Shown here: positions 45,687 to 55,405 of the stretch, piece after piece | Layout: every line of letters starts with the position of its first letter | Numbering within the stretch: position 1 is the stretch's first letter | IMG/VR virus record: IMGVR_UViG_3300020473_000024 | Location: 21,012 to 85,011 of that record | DNA length: 64,000 nt | Direction: 5' to 3' (one strand) | Source: a virus | The notes under the pieces: generated by a model | Database searches by the model: none | The model's input: the letters and a program-made list of their open reading frames with translations, nothing else | Told to the model about the DNA's origin: nothing | Translations under genes and position numbers: made by a program

Positions 45687-46679
45687 ATGAGTATGGAATT
45701 TTTAGCTAAGTTTGTACATGGAAGTCATCTTTACAAACTAAACACACCTGCATCTGACACCGATTTTAAAGGTGTCCATGTACCTAGTCTTGACGACCTG
45801 TTGTTGTGTGATGCCACCCATCACATTAACTTGGGTACGGACAAGAAAAGTGGGAGTAAAAATACAAAAGACGATGTTGATTTTGAAAGTTATTCTATCC
45901 ACAAGTGGGTAGACCTACTATCCAAAGGAGAGATGGTGTGTTTTGACATGTTGTTTGCTCCAGAGGATTGTGTGGAGTATTACCACAAAGGTGAGGTGAC
46001 GACAGACCCAGCCCTGTTGGAAAGAAATCCTGTGTGGATTATCCGAAACCGTTATAAGGATTTGTTTGTGCATTCAGATATGAAGGCTTACCTAGGCTAT
46101 TGCCGTAGACAAGCTAGTAAGTATGGTATCAAAGGAAGTCGATTGCACAGCCTTTTTGAGATCCAAGGTGTGTTAGAAAACCTAGATATCCGCAGGAAAG
46201 ATAGATTATACAATTACGTAGAGAAACTACCTACTAATGAATATTTGAAATTAGAGGACGACCACTACGAGGTGTTGGGTAAGAAACACCAACTAACAAC
46301 CTATATGGAAGAGTTTTGTGATAGAATTACTGCGGAGATCAACAAATATGGTAATCGGGCTGTCCAAGCGGAAAAGAACGAAGGTGTTGATTGGAAGGCG
46401 GTTAGCCACGCTTTTCGTGCAGGGTATCAGATCCAGAGTATGCTCTATACAGGAGAGATGTTTGTTGTACTACCTGACGAGATTAGAAAGTATGTCTTAA
46501 AACTTAAAAAAGGGGAATTGGATTGGACAACAGAAGTAAAACCTAATCTGGAGAAACTTATGAACATAGTGGAGTTAATCGCTAGAGAAAATCCCTTAGA
46601 TCTTCCAGAGAAACCAGATAAAGGGGTTATTCAAGAAAAACTTCTAGAGATCTTGAAAGATTTTAACAATATCTCTTGA
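45687..46679 (+). CDS. Pol-beta-superfamily nucleotidyltransferase (T4 NrdC.11/RlaP-like)
   Basis: HGSHLYKLNTPASDTDFKG (GS...DxD), DWKAVSHAFR. Confidence 0.8.
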   Translation: MSMEFLAKFVHGSHLYKLNTPASDTDFKGVHVPSLDDLLLCDATHHINLGTDKKSGSKNTKDDVDFESYSIHKWVDLLSKGEMVCFDMLFAPEDCVEYYHKGEVTTDPALLERNPVWIIRNRYKDLFVHSDMKAYLGYCRRQASKYGIKGSRLHSLFEIQGVLENLDIRRKDRLYNYVEKLPTNEYLKLEDDHYEVLGKKHQLTTYMEEFCDRITAEINKYGNRAVQAEKNEGVDWKAVSHAFRAGYQIQSMLYTGEMFVVLPDEIRKYVLKLKKGELDWTTEVKPNLEKLMNIVELIARENPLDLPEKPDKGVIQEKLLEILKDFNNIS

Positions 46680-46740
46680 CAAATACGCTTATCATGCTAT
46701 AATACTACTATAGATAAATAAATCAACTTAAGGAAGGGGA

Positions 46741-46953
46741 ATGTGTAGATGTCGAGCTTGCAATCGTGAATTAGATTTAGAGACTCTTGTAGCACACAAA
46801 CCTGACGGATCTTTAGAGGATTTATGTTCAGTTTGTAGAAATAAGAGCAACAGTGAATATAACATCCTCTTTGATCATGAGTACGGGCAGTCATCAATTA
46901 CTGGTGATGCCCCTACTCCGTCAAGTAACTACTACTACGAATTACACGATTAA
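46741..46953 (+). CDS. Small Zn-ribbon protein
   Basis: CRAC...CSVC; promoter TTGACA-16 nt-TATAAT upstream. Confidence 0.65.
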   Translation: MCRCRACNRELDLETLVAHKPDGSLEDLCSVCRNKSNSEYNILFDHEYGQSSITGDAPTPSSNYYYELHD

Positions 46954-46984
46954 TAAAATAAAACAAATTAATATTAAATAATTC

Positions 46985-47013
46985 TTGACAATAGAAGAAA
47001 TACGTGTTATAAT
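46985..47013 (+). promoter_or_regulatory. Consensus sigma70 promoter upstream of sRNA, tRNAs and terminase
   Basis: TTGACA-17 nt-TATAAT. Confidence 0.8.
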
Positions 47014-47064
47014 AAACTACGTTTATAACATAATGGAATAAGCGTGTCTAGGCACGTTTAGTAT

Positions 47065-47126
47065 TAGTTTGTTGTCCTGTGTCCTCCTCCAACGCAGGAG
47101 CGCCTTGCTTCGGCAGGGCGCAACTA
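47065..47126 (+). ncRNA. Candidate small RNA with CCUCCUCC loop
   Basis: TCCTGTGT-CCTCCTCCA-ACGCAGGA plus GCGCCTTGC-TTCG-GCAGGGCGC, closed by TAGTT/AACTA. Confidence 0.5.
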
Positions 47127-47137
47127 CTTAATTCAAT

Positions 47138-47214
47138 AGCGGAGTGGAGAAGTTTGGTATCTCGCCAGACTCATTATCTGGAGGTCGGGTGTTCGAATCA
47201 CCCCTCCGCAACCA
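47138..47214 (+). tRNA. Initiator-like tRNA-fMet(CAT) with U37
   Basis: Unpaired A1:A72, A11-U24, CCAGA-CTCATTA-TCTGG, CCA. Confidence 0.85.
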
Positions 47215-47218
47215 ATCA

Positions 47219-47295
47219 CTCTGTGTAGCTCAGTTTGGGAGAGCATATGCTTTGGGAGCATAGGGTCAGAGGTTCAAGTCCTTTCACAGAGACCA
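47219..47295 (+). tRNA. tRNA-Pro(TGG)
   Basis: TATGC-TTTGGGA-GCATA, C1-G72, CCA. Confidence 0.93.
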
Positions 47296-47299
47296 ATTC

Positions 47300-47375
47300 G
47301 GGGAATTAGCTCAGTGGTCAGAGCGTCTGCCTGTTAAGCAGAGGGTCACTGGTTCAAATCCAGTATTCCCCTCCA
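47300..47375 (+). tRNA. tRNA-Asn(GTT)
   Basis: TCTGC-CTGTTAA-GCAGA, CCA; discriminator U. Confidence 0.88.
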
Positions 47376-47400
47376 ATTAATTTAATATTAGGAGGTTGTT

Positions 47401-47745
47401 ATGTCTAGATTTCGAAAAGGGAAGAGTGGCAACCCTAAAGGAAGACCTAAAGGAAGTCTTAATAAAGATAACCCACAGACAAAACTTAAACAAGCACTTT
47501 CAAATGGTTATGATATTAAAAAGCTAAAAGCTTTAATATTAGAATATATCTCAGACGAAAATACTAAAATGAGTCCTAAGGATATTAAAGACCTTTTGAA
47601 ATTAGCCTTAGATGCAGAAATTAAATTGCTTAGAATAGCTTTCGATCAAGACGAAAAATCAAAGCCACTTAGTGAACATGAAGAAGACTTAGATTTTGAC
47701 GATGATGATGATGATGTTCCAGAGGTGAGTTTGAAAGCTCGTTAG
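47401..47745 (+). CDS. Putative terminase small subunit
   Basis: FRKGKSGNPKGRPKG motif; directly upstream of TerL. Confidence 0.65.
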   Translation: MSRFRKGKSGNPKGRPKGSLNKDNPQTKLKQALSNGYDIKKLKALILEYISDENTKMSPKDIKDLLKLALDAEIKLLRIAFDQDEKSKPLSEHEEDLDFDDDDDDVPEVSLKAR

Positions 47746-47754
47746 GAGGTATGA

Positions 47755-49281
47755 TTGAGTAAGAAAGAAAAATCAGTTATTGCTCCTCAAAAAGGGTCTC
47801 AGGAACTAGCTATGAATATCAAAGCCGACCTCATAATCTATGGGGGTGCGGCTGGGTCAGGAAAGTCTCATTTAATGTTAATGAAATCCTTGCCTTATAT
47901 AAATGATCCTAACTACAATGCTTCTTACTTCCGTAGAAACACTAAACAGCTTACTCAGCAAGGTGGTTTGATTAGTGAAGCTAAGAAGATGTACAGACCT
48001 TTCAAACCTAAGTGGCATGGCACAGATAAACAGTTTACTTTTAAATCTGGTGCTACGATAGCATTCAATCACCTTGAGCACGAGAAGCACAAAGAGTCTT
48101 ACCAAGGGGGGCAGTTATCCGCTGTCTTTTTTGATGAACTTACACACTTCTCAGAAGGTCAATTTACCTATCTACTCTCTCGTTTACGTTCTGACGCAGA
48201 TGTAGATGGTTTTGCTTTTGCATCTTGTAACCCTAAGCATGATAGCTGGGTTGTAAAGTGGGTAGAGTGGTGGTTAGATGAAGAGGGCTACCCCGATAAA
48301 GAGAAACAAGGTGTAGTCAGATACTACTATCTTATTGATGAAGTTCCTGTTTTCGCTGACACAGCGGAAGAGCTAAAAGAACTCTATCCTGACAAAGCTA
48401 GGGTATACAATCCTGTTGAAGATACTTACGTGGAAGTTGAACCTAAAACATTTACTTTCATAGCTGGTACAATATTTGATAACCCTATTCTTATTAAAAA
48501 CAACCCAAGATATTTGGCTGAACTTAACTCTTTACCACGAGTGGAGAGAGCACAGCTACTAGATGGTTGTTGGTATGCTATACCAGAGGCTTCGGGCTAC
48601 TTCAAAAGAGATTGGCTACGAAAAGCCAGTTGCCCTCCTTTAGGGTGTAGAGAGGTAAGAGCTTGGGATAAGGCTTCAACAGAGCCTAGTGAGGTAAATC
48701 GCTATCCCGATTTTACAGCATCGATTAAAATGCTTAAAGACAAAAATGATGAGTATTACATTCTAGGTGATTACTGTCCTACTAACTTCGATAAAAAAGA
48801 ACCTGATATAAAAGGTCGTTTTAGGAGAAGATCTGGTGACAGGGATAATATAATTCTTGCTCAAGCAAAACATGATGGTGAGGATTGTATCATAGTGATG
48901 CCTCAAGATGCTGGTCAAGCTGGAGCTACAGAGTTCCAAGAAAGTAGTAAGAAACTTATAAATGAAGGGTTTGTTGTAAAGAAAGACCCTACTCCTACAC
49001 AAAGAAGTAAGTTAAATAGGTTTACTCCTTTCGCCAGTGCTTGTGAGAATGGTCTCGTTCATATAATCGAGAGTAGCTTTCCTGATAAGAGAACTTTAGA
49101 GTATTTCTATAAAGAGCTTGAGATGTTTGATGGAGAACGGTCTAGCTCAAGCAGGAAAGATGATGTTGTTGACTGTACAGCCTCGGCATTTAATTACTTG
49201 GCTCGCCAAAAGGTTTTGCCGAAATTCGGGCTAGGTAGTACCAGAACAAGTACAAAAATTTCTAGTTTAAAAAGAACTTAA
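47755..49281 (+). CDS. terL: Terminase large subunit
   Basis: YGGAAGSGKS, FFDELTHF, SCNP, nuclease RAWD...KDDVVD. Confidence 0.93.
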   Translation: MSKKEKSVIAPQKGSQELAMNIKADLIIYGGAAGSGKSHLMLMKSLPYINDPNYNASYFRRNTKQLTQQGGLISEAKKMYRPFKPKWHGTDKQFTFKSGATIAFNHLEHEKHKESYQGGQLSAVFFDELTHFSEGQFTYLLSRLRSDADVDGFAFASCNPKHDSWVVKWVEWWLDEEGYPDKEKQGVVRYYYLIDEVPVFADTAEELKELYPDKARVYNPVEDTYVEVEPKTFTFIAGTIFDNPILIKNNPRYLAELNSLPRVERAQLLDGCWYAIPEASGYFKRDWLRKASCPPLGCREVRAWDKASTEPSEVNRYPDFTASIKMLKDKNDEYYILGDYCPTNFDKKEPDIKGRFRRRSGDRDNIILAQAKHDGEDCIIVMPQDAGQAGATEFQESSKKLINEGFVVKKDPTPTQRSKLNRFTPFASACENGLVHIIESSFPDKRTLEYFYKELEMFDGERSSSSRKDDVVDCTASAFNYLARQKVLPKFGLGSTRTSTKISSLKRT

Positions 49282-49293
49282 TGAGAGGAAAAT

Positions 49294-50757
49294 ATGGCAG
49301 ATAAAACCAATGTTCTCTCAGACACAAATTTAAACCCACCTACTTCTAGGATGCGTTTATCTGCTATGACTCTTCCGAGTTTGAAGATCAACAGTGGACA
49401 GATTTACGAAGAAGCCCGAAGAGAGCTTCGCTATCCAGAGTGTATCCCTATCTATAAAGAGATGTCGTTAGAGCCAGTAATAGCCTCTGCAACCTCTCTT
49501 ATTGAGATTTTGATATCAAGGGCTAAATGGGAAGTAAAAACCCCTAAGGACGCTCCTAAAGAGGAAAAGGATAGAGCTGAGTTCATTAGCTACTGCCTTG
49601 ATAATATGGAACGGGATTGGTCGGAATACATTATTGAAATTCTAGGCTATATCACATGGGGTTTCCAGTGCGCTGAGAAAATTTACAGCAAGGTAGAGAA
49701 AGGTGAGTATAAAGGTAAACTAGCCATATCTGACCTTAGATTTGTTTCTCCAGAAACGATCAGTAAATGGTTGTATTTTGTAGATTCAGGAAGGCTAGCA
49801 GGGTTTAGACAAGACTTTTCTAGAATATCTTCTGATTTCTCAACCGCCAGAACTCTAGGAGAAAAACAGGGAGCTTTCCGTGATATCCCTCGTAAAAAGT
49901 TTATGTTATTCAGGTACAATGCGAGGTTAGATAACCCACAAGGTAATAGCCCTTTAAAGAGTTGTTACGTTCCTTGGAAACATAAGATAGCGGCTGAGGA
50001 TTTTGAACTCATAGCTCTACAAAGAAATTATGGCGGCATCCCTAAGTTGGGTGTTGACGCAGATTTCTTGGCTAAAGCCAGTGATGAGGAGTCTAACGAG
50101 TATAGCGTACTTCAAGAGATGAAACGCCAAGCGGCTGACTTTACAGCTGGGGAACAGGCATACGTTATGATGCCTATTGCTTATGATGATAATGGTAAAC
50201 AACTGTTCACGTATGACCTTCTTAACTCCGAAGGAAGCACTAATAAAGACAGTGATACTATAATCGTTCGTAACGAAAATAAAATGCTAATGGCTTTCTT
50301 GGCTGATGTTCTTAAGTTAGGAACAGAGAGTCATGGTAGTTATGCTTTAGCAGATAGTAAGACTAACTTACTAGCTATGGGTGTTGAACATCACTTGAGT
50401 TTAATCCAGTCAGTCCTAAATAAAGACATGATTAGACAACTATATGCTATCAATGGTTGGGAATACAACAGTAAAACATCTGCAAGATTACAGTATGGTG
50501 ATTTAGAGAAACCTGATTTGGAAGCTCTTGGTAAATACATCCAACGTGTAGTTAGTGTAGGTGCTGTAAGAGCTAACAAAGAGTTAGAGAGAAAGCTTTT
50601 AGACGATGTGGGTATCGAGACTGTTGAAGACGAAGATCTCGACTTAATCGAAACACAAAGCAACTCTAGAGCTGGAGAATCTGATGGCACTTCTGGAACA
50701 GGAGATAGCCAAAGCGGTGGCTCTAATTCTGACAACAATGCTGATAATGCAGACTAG
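49294..50757 (+). CDS. Portal protein
   Basis: Position after TerL; NPQGNSPLKSCYVPW; 487 aa. Confidence 0.85.
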   Translation: MADKTNVLSDTNLNPPTSRMRLSAMTLPSLKINSGQIYEEARRELRYPECIPIYKEMSLEPVIASATSLIEILISRAKWEVKTPKDAPKEEKDRAEFISYCLDNMERDWSEYIIEILGYITWGFQCAEKIYSKVEKGEYKGKLAISDLRFVSPETISKWLYFVDSGRLAGFRQDFSRISSDFSTARTLGEKQGAFRDIPRKKFMLFRYNARLDNPQGNSPLKSCYVPWKHKIAAEDFELIALQRNYGGIPKLGVDADFLAKASDEESNEYSVLQEMKRQAADFTAGEQAYVMMPIAYDDNGKQLFTYDLLNSEGSTNKDSDTIIVRNENKMLMAFLADVLKLGTESHGSYALADSKTNLLAMGVEHHLSLIQSVLNKDMIRQLYAINGWEYNSKTSARLQYGDLEKPDLEALGKYIQRVVSVGAVRANKELERKLLDDVGIETVEDEDLDLIETQSNSRAGESDGTSGTGDSQSGGSNSDNNADNAD

Positions 50758-50765
50758 GAGATCAA

Positions 50766-52046
50766 ATGGCACATGAAGTACCAAGAATCTCTCGTGAAAT
50801 GGTTTTTAACACACCTCACCTGATCGCTCAAGATCAGTTTTCAAGTGTTATCAACTACCTCGAAGATCGTCCTAATGGTCTTATGACCAAGGAAGAACTT
50901 TCTCTTGCGAGAGACTTACGGGAAGAAAAGAAAAAGTTAAATCTAGGTGAGACTGACGTAGCCGTTATTGAGGTTAGCGGAGCACTTACTTATAGAGAGA
51001 CTCTATTTGGTGCGCTTTGTGGGATGTCTTCTTACGAAGGTATCCTATCTCAAATGAGAAAAGCGGCTAAAGAAGGTTATGAAGTAGTTGTTCTTAATGT
51101 AGATTCAGGTGGGGGACAGGCTTATCGAGCTTTTGAAACCGCACAAGATCTTCGTAGAATAGCTGATGAAAATAATATTAAGCTTATTGCTTATGTTGAT
51201 GGTATTTCCGCTTCTGCGGCATACGCACTTTCCGTCTCTGCTGATGAGATTATTATAAATCCTTATGCAGAAGTCGGGAGTATCGGGGTATTGACTAGGT
51301 TAGTTAACACCTCGGAGATGGAGAAAAAGGAAGGTATTGAGACTACTTATGTTTATGCTGGTGGTCAGAAAATTCCTTTTGACGCTGAGGGCAAATGGAC
51401 TGAGAGTTTCTTAAAAGACCTCCAGCAAAAGGTGGACAATCTCTACGCAGATTTTGTTAGCCACGTAGCTGAACTAAGAGGTGTTTCAGAGGAATCAGTA
51501 AGATCCACCGAAGCTAAGATGTTTGGTAGTAAGGAAGCTCTAGAACTTTCTCTAGCCGATAAAGTTATGGGTGGAGATGAGTTTGCTAATTACCTAGCTG
51601 ACTTAGTTAACGGAACAGAAGATACCAAGCCTATGAATACAACTGACACTACTAAAGAGGAACAAATGTCGGATAATACAGAAAAACCAAGCGTGGACAT
51701 GAGCGAATTTGAAAAACTTCAAGCTCAGATGGCGCAAATGGCAGAGCAAAATGAGGCTCTTGCCGCAGAACTTAATAAGAACAAACTAGGTAAAGTTGAA
51801 GAAGCTCTAGCTGAGTTCTCTTTTATCGAGAACGGTTCTGAATTAGCACAAATCCTTTTCGGAATGAAATCAGAAGACAAAGACGTTGTAATGAGTGTTT
51901 TACAAAAAGCACAGACAGCTCTAGAAGCTACTACAACTGAGTCTCTCACCACTGATGAAGAGCCTGAAGAGCCTTTAAGCGTAAAAGCAGGAAGTAAAGA
52001 AGCTACTCGCGCTTACCTTGAACAGTTAACAAATAAAGCTAAGTAA
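50766..52046 (+). CDS. S49 prohead protease with C-terminal scaffold region
   Basis: DSGGG, SASAAY, VGSIGV, GGQK; acidic coiled-coil C-terminus. Confidence 0.88.
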   Translation: MAHEVPRISREMVFNTPHLIAQDQFSSVINYLEDRPNGLMTKEELSLARDLREEKKKLNLGETDVAVIEVSGALTYRETLFGALCGMSSYEGILSQMRKAAKEGYEVVVLNVDSGGGQAYRAFETAQDLRRIADENNIKLIAYVDGISASAAYALSVSADEIIINPYAEVGSIGVLTRLVNTSEMEKKEGIETTYVYAGGQKIPFDAEGKWTESFLKDLQQKVDNLYADFVSHVAELRGVSEESVRSTEAKMFGSKEALELSLADKVMGGDEFANYLADLVNGTEDTKPMNTTDTTKEEQMSDNTEKPSVDMSEFEKLQAQMAQMAEQNEALAAELNKNKLGKVEEALAEFSFIENGSELAQILFGMKSEDKDVVMSVLQKAQTALEATTTESLTTDEEPEEPLSVKAGSKEATRAYLEQLTNKAK

Positions 52047-52058
52047 TAGGAGATACTA

Positions 52059-52454
52059 ATGCCAGTAACAGCTTTTGAACCAAAGCGTTTGAGTGATCTT
52101 TTGAAGTTCACCGAGGAAGACGCACTTGATAAAGGTTATATCCTTGACTTCGTTACTGTTAATGAGTCTGCCGCTACTGACTATGAAATTGGTATGTTGG
52201 TAGGTCAAGTAACAGCTAACAGTAAATACAAAATCTCTGATCCGAATGCTACGGACGGTTCAGAAGATATCGCTTTTGTTGTGCTTGAGAACATCTCTGT
52301 TCCAGCCACAACTGACACTCAAGTAAAAGTGCTTGTTCGTGGTAAAGCTACTGTAGCTGATGATGCTCTTGTTCTAGGTGATCACACCTTGGCAGATGCA
52401 ACAGCGGCTCTTAACGCTATGAACCCACCAGTCCTTGTTGACGAACAAGTATAA
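52059..52454 (+). CDS. Head decoration protein
   Basis: Between protease and MCP; DPNATDGSE motif. Confidence 0.8.
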   Translation: MPVTAFEPKRLSDLLKFTEEDALDKGYILDFVTVNESAATDYEIGMLVGQVTANSKYKISDPNATDGSEDIAFVVLENISVPATTDTQVKVLVRGKATVADDALVLGDHTLADATAALNAMNPPVLVDEQV

Positions 52455-52468
52455 GGAGAACTTAAATA

Positions 52469-53497
52469 ATGTCTCAAGTAGAAAACTTTGATTATAATGA
52501 TTACACAGATGAGATGATCAACATTCCTAACCAGTGGAACTTGATCAACCAGCTGGGGATCTTCACTGAAGAGGGTGTTACCACTAAGACTGTTCAGTTC
52601 GATGAAACCAGTATGACTCTTGTGTTAATCGAAGATAAGCCTCGTGGTAAACGCGATCAGGTTAACAAAGAACAGTACAGCAAATTGCACACTGTAGGTA
52701 TCCCTCACTTCCCGTTTGATGATGTGATTCGTCCACAAGACGTTATTGGTCGCAGACGTGCTGGTACTAAGGATCAGCCTGACAACGTAGCAAATGTACG
52801 TGCTAAGAAAATGATCCGTATGCGTAGATCATGGTCTGCTACTATCGAGTACGCTCGTATGCAAGCAATCATGGGTAACGTTTACAACCCTAACGGAACT
52901 AACGATGTACAGTCTTGGTTCACTGAGATGGATGTTACACAGAACACTGTTGACTTCGACTTTGGTGATAATGCGGCTGACTTAGTTGAGAAGATTGAAG
53001 AAGGTTTTGCTTTCTCTCAAGACAATCTATTGTCTGGTGAAATTGCTACAGACTTTATCGCAATCTGTTCTCCACAGTTCTTCTCTGCGTTGATCAAGCA
53101 CCCTTCAATCAAGGAAGCTTATAAATACTACAGCTCAAGCCAAGAGCCTCTGCGTAATCGCTTGACAAGTGGTATTGATGGACGTTTCCGTGAGTTCGAT
53201 TATGGTGGTGTTCGTTTCATCGAGTACCGTGGCAGTTACCCTGACAAATCAGGTAATAACCAGCCAATCGTACCAGCTGGGGATGCTTACCTATTACCAT
53301 TAGGTACTACTGACACCTTTATGACCTACTATGCTCCACCAGAGCGTTTTGGTTATGAGCATACAATGGGTGAATCTCAGTATATGTGGGAATGGGTCGG
53401 TGAACGTGGTCATCAAATCGATCTAGAGAGTGAGAGTAACTTCTTGAACGTAAACCGTAGACCACAATGCGTTGTTCGTTTATTCTCTTCTACCTAA
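52469..53497 (+). CDS. Major capsid protein (lambda gpE-like)
   Basis: 342 aa; IPHFP.DD.I.P.D, EYARMQA, ESNFL...RP. Confidence 0.9.
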   Translation: MSQVENFDYNDYTDEMINIPNQWNLINQLGIFTEEGVTTKTVQFDETSMTLVLIEDKPRGKRDQVNKEQYSKLHTVGIPHFPFDDVIRPQDVIGRRRAGTKDQPDNVANVRAKKMIRMRRSWSATIEYARMQAIMGNVYNPNGTNDVQSWFTEMDVTQNTVDFDFGDNAADLVEKIEEGFAFSQDNLLSGEIATDFIAICSPQFFSALIKHPSIKEAYKYYSSSQEPLRNRLTSGIDGRFREFDYGGVRFIEYRGSYPDKSGNNQPIVPAGDAYLLPLGTTDTFMTYYAPPERFGYEHTMGESQYMWEWVGERGHQIDLESESNFLNVNRRPQCVVRLFSST

Positions 53498-53508
53498 TCA
53501 ACTAATAT

Positions 53509-53550
53509 AAGGAGAGGAGGGATGGGATAAGCCCTCCCTCCTATATTTTT
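53509..53550 (+). terminator. Hairpin terminator after MCP
   Basis: AGGAG.GGAGGG...CCCTCC.TCCT then TATTTTT. Confidence 0.55.
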
Positions 53551-53551
53551 A

Positions 53552-54088
53552 ATGATAGACTTTACAAAGAATAACTCTCATTTATGGCAGATCCTTCAAA
53601 GCTTTCCTATATATTGGACTCTTTTAGGGAAAAGCTACAGAGCTTACGATAGGGACACTATCAATTTAAATGACCCTATGTATTATAAAATCGAGTTCCC
53701 TACAGATAGAAATGTAATACTCTACATGCGGCAACTTGATACACAAGAACAACTACTTACCTACCGTGTACTAATCGGAGGTAGTGATAGTGGAGGGGAA
53801 GTAGACCCCGTAACTATCTTTAATAATAACACTTTTTTCCAATCTTCTAAACCCTCTGGATTAACAATAACTAAGGATGTAACACTTGCTGGTCAACAGA
53901 CAGAAGTTGATTATGCGGTTGTGTATGGTTCAGATATCTCAGGTAGTAGATCATCTGGAGGTCTGAGTCTAGATGGTTTTCCTAGAATCTATGAAGCTGG
54001 TCATCCGCCTGTTTATGTAGAAATTAATACAGATCAGGACGCATCCGACCAAAATTATAGATTAGAATTTCAATGGGTGGAGGCATAA
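53552..54088 (+). CDS. Putative structural protein
   Basis: In head-neck operon. Confidence 0.55.
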   Translation: MIDFTKNNSHLWQILQSFPIYWTLLGKSYRAYDRDTINLNDPMYYKIEFPTDRNVILYMRQLDTQEQLLTYRVLIGGSDSGGEVDPVTIFNNNTFFQSSKPSGLTITKDVTLAGQQTEVDYAVVYGSDISGSRSSGGLSLDGFPRIYEAGHPPVYVEINTDQDASDQNYRLEFQWVEA

Positions 54089-54549
54089 TGCTAGATATTG
54101 ATTTATCCAACCCGACAAATAAAGTAAGAGCTATTATAGGTGACTGGGATACGCAGTATATAACAGATGCCAACATTGATTACTTACTACAAGAGAATAA
54201 CAATGACATTCTCTTAGCGGCTGATGAAGCCCTTTCTTTAATTTTAAGTAACGTTGCCATGTACTCCAGAGAGGAAGTAGGTGACGTTAGAATTTACTGG
54301 AACGAAGTTTACAACCAGTTAAAAGATAGAAAAGATAGTCTTAAAAAAGACGTTCTTTACTCTAAATCTAAAAATTTATTTACTTTCGGAGGTACTACAA
54401 AATCAGAGGTTAGGCGAGTTAATCGTTCCCCTGAATCAACAAAAGTATCTTTAACAAACCATGAGTTTGAAGGACTCCTTAAACGTATGCGTTGCCTACC
54501 TACGGATGAGCCTTATAAGCTCTGCTGGGGCGATGGCTATGTCTATTGA
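54088..54549 (+). CDS. Head-tail adaptor protein
   Basis: KVRAIIGD...ITDANIDYLL; GGAGG RBS before MLDID. Confidence 0.65.
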   Translation: MLDIDLSNPTNKVRAIIGDWDTQYITDANIDYLLQENNNDILLAADEALSLILSNVAMYSREEVGDVRIYWNEVYNQLKDRKDSLKKDVLYSKSKNLFTFGGTTKSEVRRVNRSPESTKVSLTNHEFEGLLKRMRCLPTDEPYKLCWGDGYVY

Positions 54550-55027
54550 GATAGTTAGAAAGACAAGAAACTTAGAGAAACTAATTGACAGAATACAGAA
54601 AACAAGAGGTAAGACTGTAGAGACAGGCTACTTCCAAGAGCAGGGCGTACACTCGGAGTATGGGATTCCTTATGGAAGACTAATGCAAATACACGAGTTT
54701 GGTATGTTTGGTTTACCAGAACGTCCTGTACAGCTCCCTACACAGAGATATATGAAAAACACATACTCTGGCTGGGCTATAAACATAAAACGCTACCTAC
54801 AAGGCACTGTGAAGCTGGAAAATGCGCTCTTTGATATAGGGGATAGAGCTTCTTCTTATGCTAAGGGTGTTTTTGGAGATCCTTTCAAGTTAGAGCCTAA
54901 TGCTCAATCAACTGTTGAAGAAAAAGGAAGTAATACGCCTCTTGTAGACACTGGAGAACTAAGAGATAAGTGGGCTTTTAGAACCTCTTATTCTGGAATA
55001 ATTACCAACTCAAGTTATGGAGGGTAG
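54540..55027 (+). CDS. Neck/tail-completion protein
   Basis: HEFG...PERP, PNAQST, PLVDTGEL. Confidence 0.7.
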
Positions 55028-55405
55028 ATGTACACAAGATTATTAACCACCCATACCTTAGAGTTTATACGTAAAGCCACAGATGGTGGATATAATGATG
55101 ATGGGGACTGGGTGGAAGGAACGGCTCAACCCCCATTCGAAGAAAAAGGTAGTTTGCAACCATTCCAAAAAGGTAAATCTAAAGTAGATCTACCAAAAGG
55201 TGTAACAGCAAAAGATGTAAGGTTATTTTACACCAAAGCTGATTTGCTTATTGCTGATGAATACTTAGACCAAGAGGCTGATAAAACAACTATTGAAGGA
55301 ATACCGTACCAAGTCTGGCATATTGAGCCTTGGAAGGGGTATGGGCTAAGGTCAGGGCATAATAAAGTCTTTCTAGTCAGGGAGGATAAAATGAATGGCT
55401 CTTAA
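55028..55405 (+). CDS. Head closure protein
   Basis: G.Y...G.WVEG...SLQP pattern, position. Confidence 0.6.
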   Translation: MYTRLLTTHTLEFIRKATDGGYNDDGDWVEGTAQPPFEEKGSLQPFQKGKSKVDLPKGVTAKDVRLFYTKADLLIADEYLDQEADKTTIEGIPYQVWHIEPWKGYGLRSGHNKVFLVREDKMNGS

